Virus record (IMG/VR): IMGVR_UViG_3300035158_000865
Location: 1 to 52,778 of that record
DNA: 52,778 bases
Direction: 5' to 3' (one strand)
Origin: a virus
Lineage: Duplodnaviria; Caudoviricetes
Below the pieces are notes generated by a model. That model worked only from the letters and a program-made list of their open reading frames with translations, had not been told where the DNA came from and ran no database searches. Shown piece after piece: positions 52,743 through 52,778 of the stretch. The translations under genes were made by a program, and so were the position numbers. Within the stretch, counting starts at the first letter, position 1; each line of letters opens with the position of its first letter.

Positions 52743-52778
52743 TATGTCCAACCGTTTGCTTACAGAAAAAACGATTAC

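Overview
AT-rich, gene-dense segment of a large T4-superfamily-like (probably jumbo) tailed phage that uses the standard genetic code. 1-22.4 kb (minus strand): a tail fibre/receptor-binding module of mosaic, internally repeated proteins, plus gp2-, gp4- and gp68-like head genes. 22.5-27.2 kb (plus): small proteins with HAD- and DHH-type enzymes. 27.2-38.8 kb (minus): replication/nucleotide module with ClpP-like protease, a family B DNA polymerase split into two ORFs, a PD-(D/E)XK nuclease, two DUF4338/DruA-like paralogs around a DenV-like glycosylase, NADAR, family-4 UDG, dUTPase, a degenerate dUTPase and a gp41-like helicase. 38.9-42.3 kb (plus): DEDDh exonuclease, uvsY, uvsW. 42.3-48.3 kb (minus): a late operon with GH108 endolysin, holin, an MscS-like protein and a run of enzymes. 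49-52.6 kb: 19 tRNA genes. The strongest signal is that about 18 otherwise unrelated proteins share an N-terminal M-[KR]-[LF]-x-x-[YF]-[LI]-x-E-type leader resembling the T4 capsid-targeting sequence. This suggests a virion-packaged, co-injected enzyme set (Acb1-like 2H phosphodiesterase, ART-like, kinase, ParB-N, cysteine hydrolase, zincin, HAD, DHH). Also notable: an IscB/IS200-605 3'-end relic, an 8/4 tRNA-Ser, tRNA-Ile(UAU), a structured leader able to sequester its own RBS, a candidate antisense RNA over the lysis leader, and an unidentified GC-rich RNA. All family calls come from motif recognition by eye; no database searches were run.
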